Counted from the first letter of the stretch, positions 19,989-29,707 are shown. The stretch: DNA of 45,412 nt from Dehalococcoidia bacterium (GCA_050014895.1 JBEKCL010000003.1:1-45412); one strand, 5' to 3'. Made by a program: numbers and translations. The notes: a model not told the origin generated them from the sequence alone.

Positions 19989-21338
19989 TTATTTAGCTCC
20001 GGCTGCAGCGCGAAGCTGCGCAGGCGTCAGGTATTTATCAAGCTGAGCATATTTCTCGGGGTACATCGGCACCATTTCGCCGTTGGCCTGGAACTGTGCC
20101 ATGCCAATGCCCATAGCGCCAGGTATAATTTTCTTGGGATTATTGGGATCGGCGGCCGCGCGGGAATGGAAGAAACCCGGGACCTTTGTCATTTCCACGT
20201 GTTCATTGCCGAGAGTTCCGTCCCACGACACGGTCTCAAATGAGCTAATAAGCTTGTCGACGTTATCAACCCCGCCTGCATCCTCAACGGCTTTCTTGAA
20301 CAGGTAGACGTCATCATACGCACAGTTGACTGACATTTGAACAGGAATGCCCTTTGCCCTTGCTTTGGTCACGAATGCCATATTTACATCGGTGATCGGT
20401 GTTTCGTAAGATGCTGTAAGCGCTCCGAGGCACTTGCCGCCGGTCAACTGCCAGAAATCATGTGTCTGGTTGACGCCGCCGTAAAGATAGATCTCTATGT
20501 CTTTGGCGGGTGAGTCAGCCCATTGCTTGGTGAATACCTCGGTATCGGTGAACCAGCTTGACACCACGAAGATCATGTCAGCGCCCGATTTAGAGATAGC
20601 ATCAAGCAGAGGGAGGTACATTCCAGTCCTGGCGCTGATGGGCTTGCTGTAAACTACGTCAATGCCATCGTCATCCTTGGCCATTTGATCCCAGCTAGTA
20701 AGCTTGTAGTCAGGCGCGCCGTTGCGGAATAAAAGCGTCCAGGCCAGGTTTTCATAAAGGATGGCCCATTTTTTAGGGGCAAATCCCTTCAATGCCACGC
20801 TACTCTGCGGATTGGACATCGAGAATATTAGGCTCGACCAGGCATAATGCCCGGGCTCGGGGTTGAACATGCGGAAGATCATTTTTTCCTTGTCGTAGTT
20901 CGCCAGTACCGACTGTGTGACTTCCACACCGCTGGCACCGTTGGCATCCATTATGTGCGGGAAATCCTTATAAAGCAGGATGGATTCCTGCTTGGCAGGG
21001 AGTGCTATCTCAGTCCTACCTTCGACGGAGTAGAAGACGGCGTGATCACCCTGCAGCATCCGTTGTACGGCTGCAACGGTCATGGACGTGTCGCCCTTGC
21101 CGTCCTCGATCACGTACTTCACCGGCCTGCCTAGAATACCGCCCGCTGCATTAATTTCATCCACCGCCATCTGCTGGACATCCATGCAGGGTTTGGTGCC
21201 CGGTGATGAGACATCGCCTACGTAGCCAATCACGATGGGGGCTTTCCCACCGGATGGAGCCGCGCAGCCATTTACTATCACCACGGCTAAAAGTGTGAGA
21301 ACAACCATTAATGACAGAATCGTGCCCTTGGACTTCAT
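19989..21338 (-). CDS. HAAT-family ABC substrate-binding lipoprotein
   Basis: Lipobox VNGC; AVDEINAAGGILGRPV..VIED motif; AAGGAGG RBS favours ATG 21338. Confidence 0.9.
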   Translation of the reverse strand: MKSKGTILSLMVVLTLLAVVIVNGCAAPSGGKAPIVIGYVGDVSSPGTKPCMDVQQMAVDEINAAGGILGRPVKYVIEDGKGDTSMTVAAVQRMLQGDHAVFYSVEGRTEIALPAKQESILLYKDFPHIMDANGASGVEVTQSVLANYDKEKMIFRMFNPEPGHYAWSSLIFSMSNPQSSVALKGFAPKKWAILYENLAWTLLFRNGAPDYKLTSWDQMAKDDDGIDVVYSKPISARTGMYLPLLDAISKSGADMIFVVSSWFTDTEVFTKQWADSPAKDIEIYLYGGVNQTHDFWQLTGGKCLGALTASYETPITDVNMAFVTKARAKGIPVQMSVNCAYDDVYLFKKAVEDAGGVDNVDKLISSFETVSWDGTLGNEHVEMTKVPGFFHSRAAADPNNPKKIIPGAMGIGMAQFQANGEMVPMYPEKYAQLDKYLTPAQLRAAAGAK

Positions 21339-21451
21339 TACCACCTCCTTATTCTGATGAAGCTATTATAACATAAGATGTCAATTAAATATGCGTATTT
21401 TTAGAGGTCTGCTTTTATGAATATTTAAATACACAGTTATATCTGGGGAAA

Positions 21452-21487
21452 ATAGAAAGATGGTCGGTCGACCGACCATCTTTCTAT
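21452..21487. repeat. Perfect 36-bp palindrome, probable terminator after the abfD-like gene
   Basis: ATAGAAAGATGGTCGGTC|GACCGACCATCTTTCTAT, followed by TTT on the minus strand. Confidence 0.85.
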
Positions 21488-21517
21488 GGTGGTCTACAGC
21501 TTGATTGTTCTGAGCCC

Positions 21518-22996
21518 TTACAGGTCGGGAATATTCCCAAGCCTATCGAAAGTATAAGGTTTGTCTGTCTTAATGCCAGCCAGACGCTTGGCCAGGTTCT
21601 TGGTATTTTCAATATTATAGGCGCCCATTATGGCAATTTGTTCCATCCGGGGTGAGCCCCCGCCGTGTATCCCGGCGTATTGCATTACCCCAGCCAGTTC
21701 AGAGCAGGTAATGTTCTGTACCCAGGCAAACGCTTTAATTACATCCTGCACGTTCACGTTGGGATTGCGCGACATGTATTTTTCTATGAAAGGTTTTGTT
21801 TCCTCGCTGAGCCAATCACCCGAGCGCGGCATAGTAGCTGGCATGCCGCCGGCCAGGTCCGCCACGGCTTCGTATTCGTGGTAAATATTGAGACCGGCGT
21901 GCCTGCGGCTCACGTTGCAGTATGTAATATCCGGAATGAATGTACCTGATGGCGATTTGGTGGCATTGACGGCCGCTGCGATACCGGTGCCGTAGCAGAG
22001 CTCGGAGGTTGAAATGAGCTCTACCAGCCGTTCCTTTACATGAGGTTCCTTTTCAATTCCATTGACTTCTGCCATCAGCGCGGCTGCGCCGGTAAGCACG
22101 TCCGTCATGGCCGGCTTGCACCCTGTGTAGCTATGGCGGTGATAAAGTGCGAACATCAGGGCAAGATAGCTGCCCATATCGGACTCCCCACACAGGAATA
22201 CGTGTTCCCATGGAACAAAGACGTCATCGAAGACGGTCATAGAATCTGCGCCTCCCCATGGACCGGGGCCGGTGTAATTTATAGGTGTCTCAGGCATGGC
22301 GATGCTTACTATCTGCTTAACGCCCTCTGCGTCCGCAGGAATGGTGAAGGCCACCGCCCAGTCACCCTCCTCTTTAGTAAGTGCCCTGGTCGGAATGACA
22401 TTTATCTGCTCAACCACGGGAGCGTAGGAGTTGTGGACCTTGGCACCGCGCACAACAATGCCATCGCTTTTTTTCTCAACGACACGCAAATAAAGGTCCA
22501 GGTCTTTCTGTTCGTGGGGTCTCCATGGACGGTTGCCCTTGACGTCTGTTTGGGCGCAGCATGACGTACGGTCGTTGGTCTGGAAGTCCTTCAGCCATTT
22601 TTCGAACCGCTTATGATACTCTGTGCCGTACTTTTGGTCGGTCATGTAAGTGATTACAGAAAGGGCATTGGTTGAATCGATGCCCATGCACCGGGCGATA
22701 CATCCCCCTACCTGCTGAGAAGTGAGCCTGGTCATCTTCTGCTTACAAAGCAGATCTTTTATGCTACGGTGGACATGTGTGAAACGGCTTATCTTTTCGC
22801 CGGTCAAATGCGAGGTTGCAGTCAGTATGTCCTCGTAGTCCTTAAATTCGGGGTCGGTGATCATGTCATAGGTCTTGGCGAGGACATTGGCCGCACCCTG
22901 GAGGTACTTATAGTCGCGGTCAATGAGCTTACCATTGTTGTAGATATTGCGCCTCATCTTACTCAGCCTTTTCCGGTATTCGCTTGACGTAATCAT
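21518..22996 (-). CDS. 4-hydroxybutyryl-CoA dehydratase/vinylacetyl-CoA isomerase family protein (divergent AbfD-like)
   Basis: CIARCMG and HRHSYTGCK [4Fe-4S] ligands; TDVKGNR, GIVVRGAK.H, VFDDVFVPWE and HGGGSP motifs. Confidence 0.85.
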   Translation of the reverse strand: MITSSEYRKRLSKMRRNIYNNGKLIDRDYKYLQGAANVLAKTYDMITDPEFKDYEDILTATSHLTGEKISRFTHVHRSIKDLLCKQKMTRLTSQQVGGCIARCMGIDSTNALSVITYMTDQKYGTEYHKRFEKWLKDFQTNDRTSCCAQTDVKGNRPWRPHEQKDLDLYLRVVEKKSDGIVVRGAKVHNSYAPVVEQINVIPTRALTKEEGDWAVAFTIPADAEGVKQIVSIAMPETPINYTGPGPWGGADSMTVFDDVFVPWEHVFLCGESDMGSYLALMFALYHRHSYTGCKPAMTDVLTGAAALMAEVNGIEKEPHVKERLVELISTSELCYGTGIAAAVNATKSPSGTFIPDITYCNVSRRHAGLNIYHEYEAVADLAGGMPATMPRSGDWLSEETKPFIEKYMSRNPNVNVQDVIKAFAWVQNITCSELAGVMQYAGIHGGGSPRMEQIAIMGAYNIENTKNLAKRLAGIKTDKPYTFDRLGNIPDL

Positions 22997-23047
22997 AGCG
23001 CCTCCTACTTCAATAATACGTAATATTTTTGGTTATTTAGCCTGCAG

Positions 23048-23800
23048 CTAAATGGATAACCCTCCATCGACGAGAAAGTTTTGGCCTGTGATGAAACTTG
23101 ACTTGTCGGAGGCCAGAAACACTGCTGCGTTTGCCATGTCCTGTGGGTCGGCTATGCGCTTCAATGGAGTCCGGTCCATTATGACCTTGTATATGTCAGG
23201 ATTGCCCCATAGCGCTTCGCTAAACTGGGTTCTGGTCTGGCCGGGGGAGAGGGTGTTGGCCCTGATGCCATATGGCGCCCATTGCTGGGCCATTACCTTG
23301 GTTGCCATATTTACTCCCGCCTTACTAATGGAGTAGATGGGTAGAATATCGGGTGTCACACCTGCTACGGAAGATACATTGATGATAACACCACCGCCGT
23401 GTTCTTTCATCACTTTCGCTACCGCCTGCGCCAGGAAAAAGAGACCTTTAAGATTGAGGTTCATGATGGAATCCCAGGCGCGGTCCGTGGCATCAAGGGC
23501 CGAATCCATGGTCGGGTTGGTTGCAGCGTCGTTGACCAGGATATCGATCTTTCCGTAGGCTTCTTTGGCTTTCGCCACCACCGTGGCTATATCCTCCAGC
23601 CGTCCTATATGAGCCGCTACAGGGATTGCCTTCCTGCCCATAGCTTTGATCTCATCGGCAGTTTTTTCAAGGTCCGCAATTTTTCGGCTGACTACGACCA
23701 GGTCCGCACCGGACTTTGCCATTTCCAGGGCGATGGCCTTCCCAATGCCCCGGCTGGCCCCGGTCACGATGGCGACTTTCCCCTTAAGAGAGATTTCCAT
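23048..23800 (-). CDS. SDR family oxidoreductase
   Basis: TGASRGIG, NVSS and YSISK motifs. Confidence 0.93.
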   Translation of the reverse strand: MEISLKGKVAIVTGASRGIGKAIALEMAKSGADLVVVSRKIADLEKTADEIKAMGRKAIPVAAHIGRLEDIATVVAKAKEAYGKIDILVNDAATNPTMDSALDATDRAWDSIMNLNLKGLFFLAQAVAKVMKEHGGGVIINVSSVAGVTPDILPIYSISKAGVNMATKVMAQQWAPYGIRANTLSPGQTRTQFSEALWGNPDIYKVIMDRTPLKRIADPQDMANAAVFLASDKSSFITGQNFLVDGGLSI

Positions 23801-23848
23801 AGGTAATCCTCCTGCTTTAATTAGTATTTATTGTTTTGAATATATCCG

Positions 23849-24760
23849 TTACTTTGCGCGAATTAACAGTATCGGGCAGTCGGCTCCCTTCAGCACTTTC
23901 TCAGCTATGCTACCGAAAGCCCATTTGCTTATCCCGGTACGGCCGTGGGTGGACATGACGACAAGGTCAACGGGACTCTTATTTACGTAGCTAATAAGTT
24001 TTTCAGCAGGATTACCTTCCGGTATTTCAGTCCGTGTTTTCAGCCGGTTCTTACTCAGCTTTTTCTGGACTTCTGAAAGATAGTTCCGGCATATCTCCTT
24101 ACACCTGGCCTTCTCAAAATCAAGATATTCATCCCAACTCATGGCCATGGGGGGCGGATATGTAATCGGCGGGGAGAATATCTCGCATACCCGCATCAAA
24201 ACGATATCCAACTTATTATCCGGTAGTTGTTTGTGCAATTCTTTAAGGTGAGGCAATACCGATTCGGCCACTTTTGAACCGTCAAGCGGGGCCAGTACAG
24301 TCAACTTTCTGTGTCCGTATGACATCTGGCAGCTTGCCGCTTTCACAAGCCAGATGGGTACTTTCGAAGAGTGTACTACCTTCTCAGCCACGCTCCCGTA
24401 AAACCATTTGCCAGGACCTGAACGTCCATGGGTGGCCATAACAATAAGATCCATGTTATTTGCTGCAGCATATTCGACAATGATATCCGCCGGTTTGCCG
24501 GTCAAGACCTTGCCTGACGAATTGTCCTTGAATACGGCCTTGGAACAGAGCTTCTTAAGGTATGACTGAGCGGCTGCCCTGGCCTCTGTCTCGATTTTTT
24601 TCTTGTAGACTGTCTTCACCATGGGGGCATCCAATGGCTGCACAACATAGAGAAAAGTGATAGCCACGTTTTCGGAACCGCTGGCAAGGGCCTGAACATG
24701 TGAAATTACGCATTCGGCCAATGCGGAACCATCAAGTGGGACAAGTAGATTAGAATACAT
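23849..24760 (-). CDS. Universal stress protein, tandem UspA domains
   Basis: Two PLDGS ... MxTHGR ... GSxAEKV repeats. Confidence 0.92.
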   Translation of the reverse strand: MYSNLLVPLDGSALAECVISHVQALASGSENVAITFLYVVQPLDAPMVKTVYKKKIETEARAAAQSYLKKLCSKAVFKDNSSGKVLTGKPADIIVEYAAANNMDLIVMATHGRSGPGKWFYGSVAEKVVHSSKVPIWLVKAASCQMSYGHRKLTVLAPLDGSKVAESVLPHLKELHKQLPDNKLDIVLMRVCEIFSPPITYPPPMAMSWDEYLDFEKARCKEICRNYLSEVQKKLSKNRLKTRTEIPEGNPAEKLISYVNKSPVDLVVMSTHGRTGISKWAFGSIAEKVLKGADCPILLIRAK

Positions 24761-24802
24761 TAATTACCTCCCCGGAATATACTCCGCACATAGTACTTCA
24801 TG

Positions 24803-24831
24803 ATGATAAGTTTTATGACAAGCCCTGTCAA
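24803..24831 (-). promoter_or_regulatory. Promoter of the usp gene
   Basis: TTGACA-N17-TATCAT. Confidence 0.65.
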
Positions 24832-24849
24832 GAGGGACGCGTATGCGGA

Positions 24850-25755
24850 CTAGTGAGTCGGAGCGGGATTTCCGGGAAGAATGATGCCGTCGGTGTCCAG
24901 TGCTTTTTTCATAGCAGAAATGGCTACTTCAAGCTGACTGTCGGATGGCTTACGTGTGGTCATTGCCTGCAACCACAGGCCAGGTGTGAGCATCCAACCT
25001 ACGAACCTGTTACGGCTATAATTAGCTTCAAGTTTTATCAATTCATAACTGATTGCGGCGATGACCGGGATTAATATGATGCGCCATATTATGCTGATCC
25101 AGATCGACGGGCGGCCGATCAAGGCGAATACCACGATGGCTATAACCAGCACAACCAGCAGGAAACTGGTCCCGCAACGTGTGTGGGCCGTTGAATATTT
25201 TTTCACCGAGTTTACCTCCAGTGGTGCGCCAGCTTCATAGGCGTTGACGGACATATGTTCGGCGCCATGGTAGGCGAAGATCTCTCTTATATCCTGCATT
25301 CTTCCGATCAAAGCAAGATAAATAATGAAAAATAGTATACGGACCACCCCTTCGATCAGGTTGCTCACTACGGAGGACGGAATAAAGGTGTCGAAAAAAC
25401 GTACGATTAATAAGGGCAGAACGAAAAATAGTGCCACCGCCAAGACTACTCCCAGTATGACACTACCCCACATCATACCCGGCGTGATTTTTTCATTCTC
25501 GTCTTCCGTAATAATCTGCGCCGAATCCATCAGGACTCCTGTCCCCAGGACCACCGATTCTATAAGCACTATTATCCCTCTTATAAGGGGGATATCTCGC
25601 CATTTGCCTTTATAAAGCATAGCCAGGGGATGGTTGGAGATATTGATGGTCCCGTCAGGTTTACGCACCGCCATAGCGGTGCTGTTGCGGCCCCTTATCA
25701 TAACGCCTCCCATGACTGCCTGTCCGCCGTAATTAAAAGGTCTTTCTTTATTCAT
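24850..25755 (-). CDS. DUF1385 family membrane protein (YqhQ-like)
   Basis: YGGQAV.GVM.RG, YHGAEH, HTRCGTSF and TTRKP...QLEVAI motifs. Confidence 0.92.
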   Translation of the reverse strand: MNKERPFNYGGQAVMGGVMIRGRNSTAMAVRKPDGTINISNHPLAMLYKGKWRDIPLIRGIIVLIESVVLGTGVLMDSAQIITEDENEKITPGMMWGSVILGVVLAVALFFVLPLLIVRFFDTFIPSSVVSNLIEGVVRILFFIIYLALIGRMQDIREIFAYHGAEHMSVNAYEAGAPLEVNSVKKYSTAHTRCGTSFLLVVLVIAIVVFALIGRPSIWISIIWRIILIPVIAAISYELIKLEANYSRNRFVGWMLTPGLWLQAMTTRKPSDSQLEVAISAMKKALDTDGIILPGNPAPTH

Positions 25756-25765
25756 TAATCTAATA

Positions 25766-25795
25766 AAAAGGGGCGGCTTGATGTCCGCCCCTTTT
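25766..25795 (-). terminator. Intrinsic terminator after rpmE
   Basis: AAAAGGGGCGG-N8-CCGCCCCTTTT. Confidence 0.8.
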
Positions 25796-25817
25796 GGTTG
25801 CCTACTTTAAATCCTAA

Positions 25818-26030
25818 TTATGCTTTCTTTTCCCGCTTATATTTCTTGTTGAAGCGCTCAACACGGCCTGCAGTGTCTATAATCTTCTGCTCGCCGGTGA
25901 AGAACGGGTGACATTTATTACACAACTCCACTTTGAGCGTTTGCCTGGTGGAACCTGTAGTAAATGTGTTACCGCAAGAGCAAGTGACGTTGGCTTCCGG
26001 GAAATATTTCGGGTGAATCTTCTCTTTCAT
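25818..26030 (-). CDS. rpmE: 50S ribosomal protein L31 (Zn-binding type)
   Basis: [19 protein letters not shown] and GRVERF motifs. Confidence 0.98.
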   Translation of the reverse strand: MKEKIHPKYFPEANVTCSCGNTFTTGSTRQTLKVELCNKCHPFFTGEQKIIDTAGRVERFNKKYKREKKA

Positions 26031-26036
26031 TGCCTG

Positions 26037-26291
26037 TTATCCTGGGTATACGCTAACCCTTTTCTTATTCTTTGCATGGGGCTCGAATTTAACAAAGCCG
26101 TCAATCTTGGCAAAGAGCGTATAATCTCTGCCGCAGCCTACATTCGTCCCGGGGTGTATTTGAGTACCGCGTTGCCTTATTATAATGGTGCCGGCATGTA
26201 CTGCCTCTCCGCCAAAACGTTTTACGCCGAGCCGTTTGGATTGACTATCTCGGCCGCAATGTGTACTGCCGCCGCCTTTCTTATGTGCCAT
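26037..26291 (-). CDS. rpmA: 50S ribosomal protein L27
   Basis: [19 protein letters not shown] and RQRGT motifs. Confidence 0.98.
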   Translation of the reverse strand: MAHKKGGGSTHCGRDSQSKRLGVKRFGGEAVHAGTIIIRQRGTQIHPGTNVGCGRDYTLFAKIDGFVKFEPHAKNKKRVSVYPG

Positions 26292-26668
26292 TAGTTCTCA
26301 CCTCCAGTTGCTGCCTTGGCCTTGGGGGCCTTCTTGGCAATCTTGCCGCCGGGTTTCACAATTTCTTTGATAAGCAACCGGGTGTAGGGCTGCCTGTGGC
26401 CCGTCTTGCGGCGGGAGCGAACCTTGTTCTTATAACGGAAAACAATGATCTTAGCGGCTTTGCCTTCTTCCAAGCAGGTAGCGATTACCTTGGCGCCCTT
26501 TATGTCAGGGCTTCCAATAATTAATTCTTCTCCATCGGATATCATAAGAACGGGGCTTAATTCCACGTCTTTGCCCTTTTCTATATGAAGCAATTCAGAG
26601 TTAATGACCTGACCGGTCCTGACCCTGAACTGTTTGCCAGCGGCTGTTACGATTGCATAGTTGCTCAT
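26291..26668 (-). CDS. rplU: 50S ribosomal protein L21
   Basis: YAIV..GKQFRV and GHRQPYT motifs; GAGGA RBS before ATG 26668; basic C-terminal extension. Confidence 0.96.
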   Translation of the reverse strand: MSNYAIVTAAGKQFRVRTGQVINSELLHIEKGKDVELSPVLMISDGEELIIGSPDIKGAKVIATCLEEGKAAKIIVFRYKNKVRSRRKTGHRQPYTRLLIKEIVKPGGKIAKKAPKAKAATGGEN

Positions 26669-26702
26669 ATCCTCAATCCTGTGAAAAAACAATAACCGTA
26701 TA

Positions 26703-26731
26703 AATATATCAGCGAGTCAGTCTTGTGTCAA
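26703..26731 (-). promoter_or_regulatory. rplU operon promoter
   Basis: TTGACA-N17-TATATT. Confidence 0.7.
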
Positions 26732-26792
26732 ATCTTAAGGCTGTTAGAATTTAAGACGGCGCCTGTGGCGGTCTGGTGGATTCAATGACGAT

Positions 26793-26963
26793 TTATTGAC
26801 CGGCTTCTACATCGTCGCTGCATGCGATATCGCAGTGTTTGATGTAGACCAGGTCGCTGGTAACGGCGTCGCGCACCAGATAGCCGCCATCTACATTACT
26901 CACCACCACAAACCACCTGCCAGCGTCATTTTGTATTTTTACAGGACTATGTGAAAAATCCAT
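26793..26963 (-). CDS. Putative 56-aa hypothetical protein (absent from the ORF track)
   Basis: MDFSHSPVKIQNDAGRWFVVVSNVDGGYLVRDAVTSDLVYIKHCDIACSDDVEAGQ; fills the intergenic gap; TGtTAATAT lies 6 nt before the ATG. Confidence 0.5.
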   Translation of the reverse strand: MDFSHSPVKIQNDAGRWFVVVSNVDGGYLVRDAVTSDLVYIKHCDIACSDDVEAGQ

Positions 26964-27039
26964 AAGTATATATTAACAATATTTTAACAAAATAGTGTAA
27001 CTGGCCGATAATTTTAGCACTTTTCGCGAAAAGGTCAAT

Positions 27040-28980
27040 CTACAGCTTGAGCGCTGTCTCTGCTCCCTGCTCAACCGCAGCGAGTATCTTGCCGGGTTTG
27101 GCAGCGTCGCCTATCACGTAGACCTCGGGTACAAATTTACGAGCTTGTTCTTCAAGGTCACGTATAGAAGTTGCGCCGGCGGCCAGAACAATGATGTCGA
27201 ATGGGCCAATCTTCTGCTCACCGTTAAGGGTACCTAATAAAACTCCATCGTCTGCTACCGATTTTACCGTTGTCTGAGTCATTATAGCTACGTGGTTTTC
27301 CTTGAGCCGTTTCCTCAAGAAAAAGCGGGCTGCCGGGCCAATGTCTTTAGCAGTGCTTTTGAGCATTTCTACGATAGTCACTTTTTTACCCTGTCCTGCC
27401 AGATAGTCCGCTGTTTCGCAGCCGACCAGCCCTCCACCGATGACCAAGACGCTGTCTCCCTCGACTTCAGTGGACAATGCTTTTCGTGCGCTGATTACGT
27501 TTTTACGGCTAATGCCGGGTATATTGGGGATAGCCGGTTCAGAGCCGGTGGCAATAATCAGCACATCGGGTTTGATCTCCTTTATCTTGTCGATAGTCAG
27601 GGCCTTGCCAACGTGAATGTCAACGCCGAGTTCTTTTATGGCGGCTATCCTGGACCGGGCCACCTCCTGGTAGACGGCCTTGGATGGAGGTATAGCGACC
27701 AGCTTGGTCTGCCCTCCCAGGTATCCATCTTTTTCATACAGGGTAACTCTGTGGCCGCGCAATGCAGCAGTGCGCGCTGCCTCCAATCCGCCCGGTCCGC
27801 CACCGGCGATCAATACATTCTTAGGTTTGGCTGTCTTTGGTTGAGCGTATTGCCCTTCCCTGCCGACCGCCAGGTTCTGTACACAGGATATGGATGGCCT
27901 GAGCCATATAGCCAGACCTTCTATGCAAGCCTCGTTGCACGAAAGACATTTTACAATGTCCTGTGTGCGCCCTTGTTGGACTTTTAATGGCCAGTCAGGA
28001 TCAGCAAGGGACTGCCTCCCTATATGGACGATATCGGCTTTGCCGGATTTGATGATATCTTCTGCAACGGCCGGATCATTAATACGGCCGGCTACTAAAA
28101 CGGCTGCGTTGAGCGCCTGTTTGAATTTAACCGACGTTTCAGCGTTGAAGCCCTGAGGCATATCCGGCGGGGCGCTGGTGAATTGACTGGACTCAGGTAC
28201 GCCGATAGAAACGTCAATGGCGTTAATGCCTGCTGCCACCAGGCGCTTCATCATTTCGATACTCTCGGGGACTGTACGGCCCAACGGTACCATCTCATCG
28301 GCGCTGATGCGGAATAAAAGCGGAAAATCCGCGCCAACCAGCTCACGCGACCGTTTTATTATCTCCAACGGGAAGCGCAGGGAGCCCTCAAAGCCGCTCC
28401 CGTATTCGTCGGTACGTTTATTGGCATAAGCGGACATAAATTCCGATATCAGGTAACCATGGGCGCCGTGGAACTCGGCAGCATCACATCCCGCCTCCTT
28501 GACGCGACGTACCCCCTGGGCGAATTTTTCAACCAGGGCTTTAATCTCATCGATAGTGAGGGCATGCGGCACCTGGCGCATGATGGGGTCGGGAACCTCG
28601 GAAGGAGCGACCGGAGGTTTATCCTTCAGGAAAAAGGAGAATGTACTGCGGCCCGGGTGATAAAGCTGGACTGCCAGTTTTGTACCGTATTTATGTACCG
28701 AATCCGCCAGCTTTTTAAATCCCGGTATAAATTTGTCATCGTACAGACACAACTGATGACTGCTGCCCAATCCCCTCTCCCCGTCTATTGCTGATACTTC
28801 AACTATAATCAGGCCGAAGCCTCCTTTGGCCCGTTGCTCATGATATTGTATGAGGCGCTCTGAAACCCCGCCGTCATCAGCGGCGAAGCCAGTGCCCATG
28901 GGAGGCACAGAAAGGCGGTTCTTTACCTCCATTTTGCCAATTTTGAAGGGTTGAAATAGGGCTGAATAATTCTCCGGCAT
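27040..28980 (-). CDS. Old-yellow-enzyme/FAD/Fe-S oxidoreductase (2,4-dienoyl-CoA/enoate reductase, BaiCD/H-like)
   Basis: HGAHGYL, NKRTDEYG and CLSCNEAC-x-C cluster motifs; two Rossmann motifs. Confidence 0.9.
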   Translation of the reverse strand: MPENYSALFQPFKIGKMEVKNRLSVPPMGTGFAADDGGVSERLIQYHEQRAKGGFGLIIVEVSAIDGERGLGSSHQLCLYDDKFIPGFKKLADSVHKYGTKLAVQLYHPGRSTFSFFLKDKPPVAPSEVPDPIMRQVPHALTIDEIKALVEKFAQGVRRVKEAGCDAAEFHGAHGYLISEFMSAYANKRTDEYGSGFEGSLRFPLEIIKRSRELVGADFPLLFRISADEMVPLGRTVPESIEMMKRLVAAGINAIDVSIGVPESSQFTSAPPDMPQGFNAETSVKFKQALNAAVLVAGRINDPAVAEDIIKSGKADIVHIGRQSLADPDWPLKVQQGRTQDIVKCLSCNEACIEGLAIWLRPSISCVQNLAVGREGQYAQPKTAKPKNVLIAGGGPGGLEAARTAALRGHRVTLYEKDGYLGGQTKLVAIPPSKAVYQEVARSRIAAIKELGVDIHVGKALTIDKIKEIKPDVLIIATGSEPAIPNIPGISRKNVISARKALSTEVEGDSVLVIGGGLVGCETADYLAGQGKKVTIVEMLKSTAKDIGPAARFFLRKRLKENHVAIMTQTTVKSVADDGVLLGTLNGEQKIGPFDIIVLAAGATSIRDLEEQARKFVPEVYVIGDAAKPGKILAAVEQGAETALKL

Positions 28981-29100
28981 CTGACCGCTCCTTATTCTGA
29001 GAAATTAATGAAAAACACTAATAGTATACTATCTTATTGTGGTTGCCGGGCAAACACCATTAGTGCCAGGTTGAGAGTAAAAGCCGGGCATAAGCTATTG

Positions 29101-29700
29101 TTAATTGCTCGAAAGACTTTTCAGCAGCGGACGTGCTTTTTGGGCTGCCCTGCCCCTGTGGCTAATTTCATTTTTCAGTTCAGGCATGACTTCGGCAATG
29201 GTCTTACCGTATTCGGGGAGGTAAAAAATAGGATCGTAACCGAACCCGTTTTCTCCCCTGGGCTTTACAGCGATACAGCCCCTGCATTCACCCTCGAATG
29301 TCTTTGTGCTGCTGCCGGGGATGGCAACAGCTATCACGCACCTGAATTTTGCGGTACGCTTCTCCTGGGGTACATGCCGGAGCTTGTTGAGTAAAAAGTT
29401 AACGCGGTCGGTGTCGGTGGCGTTATCCCCGGCATAACGGGATGAGCGTATACCGGGTTCTCCGCCGAGCGCATCAACTTCCAACCCGGAATCGTCAGCT
29501 ACAGTAATAAGCCCGCTCAAGGCCGAATAGAATTCGGCCTTTGAGCGGGCATTCTCTTCGAAAGTAGAATAATCTTCCGGCGCTTCCTGGTTGATACCAA
29601 TCTTGTCGAGCGTCACCAGCTCGAAATCCAGTCCTTTAAACAGGACATCGTATTCAGCGGCTTTGCCGCGGTTAGTGGTCGCCAGAAGCAGCCTGGGCAT
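29101..29700 (-). CDS. rdgB: Non-canonical purine NTP pyrophosphatase (XTP/dITP)
   Basis: ATTNRGK, ADDSGL, GFGYDPIF and KNEISHR motifs. Confidence 0.96.
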   Translation of the reverse strand: MPRLLLATTNRGKAAEYDVLFKGLDFELVTLDKIGINQEAPEDYSTFEENARSKAEFYSALSGLITVADDSGLEVDALGGEPGIRSSRYAGDNATDTDRVNFLLNKLRHVPQEKRTAKFRCVIAVAIPGSSTKTFEGECRGCIAVKPRGENGFGYDPIFYLPEYGKTIAEVMPELKNEISHRGRAAQKARPLLKSLSSN

Positions 29701-29707
29701 ATGTTAA

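Noticed and set aside
26037-26668. Missing prp (ysxB) between rplU and rpmA
   Set aside because: Expected, because this L27 has no cleavable N-terminal extension
27292-27987. 231-aa + strand ORF
   Set aside because: Antisense to the OYE oxidoreductase
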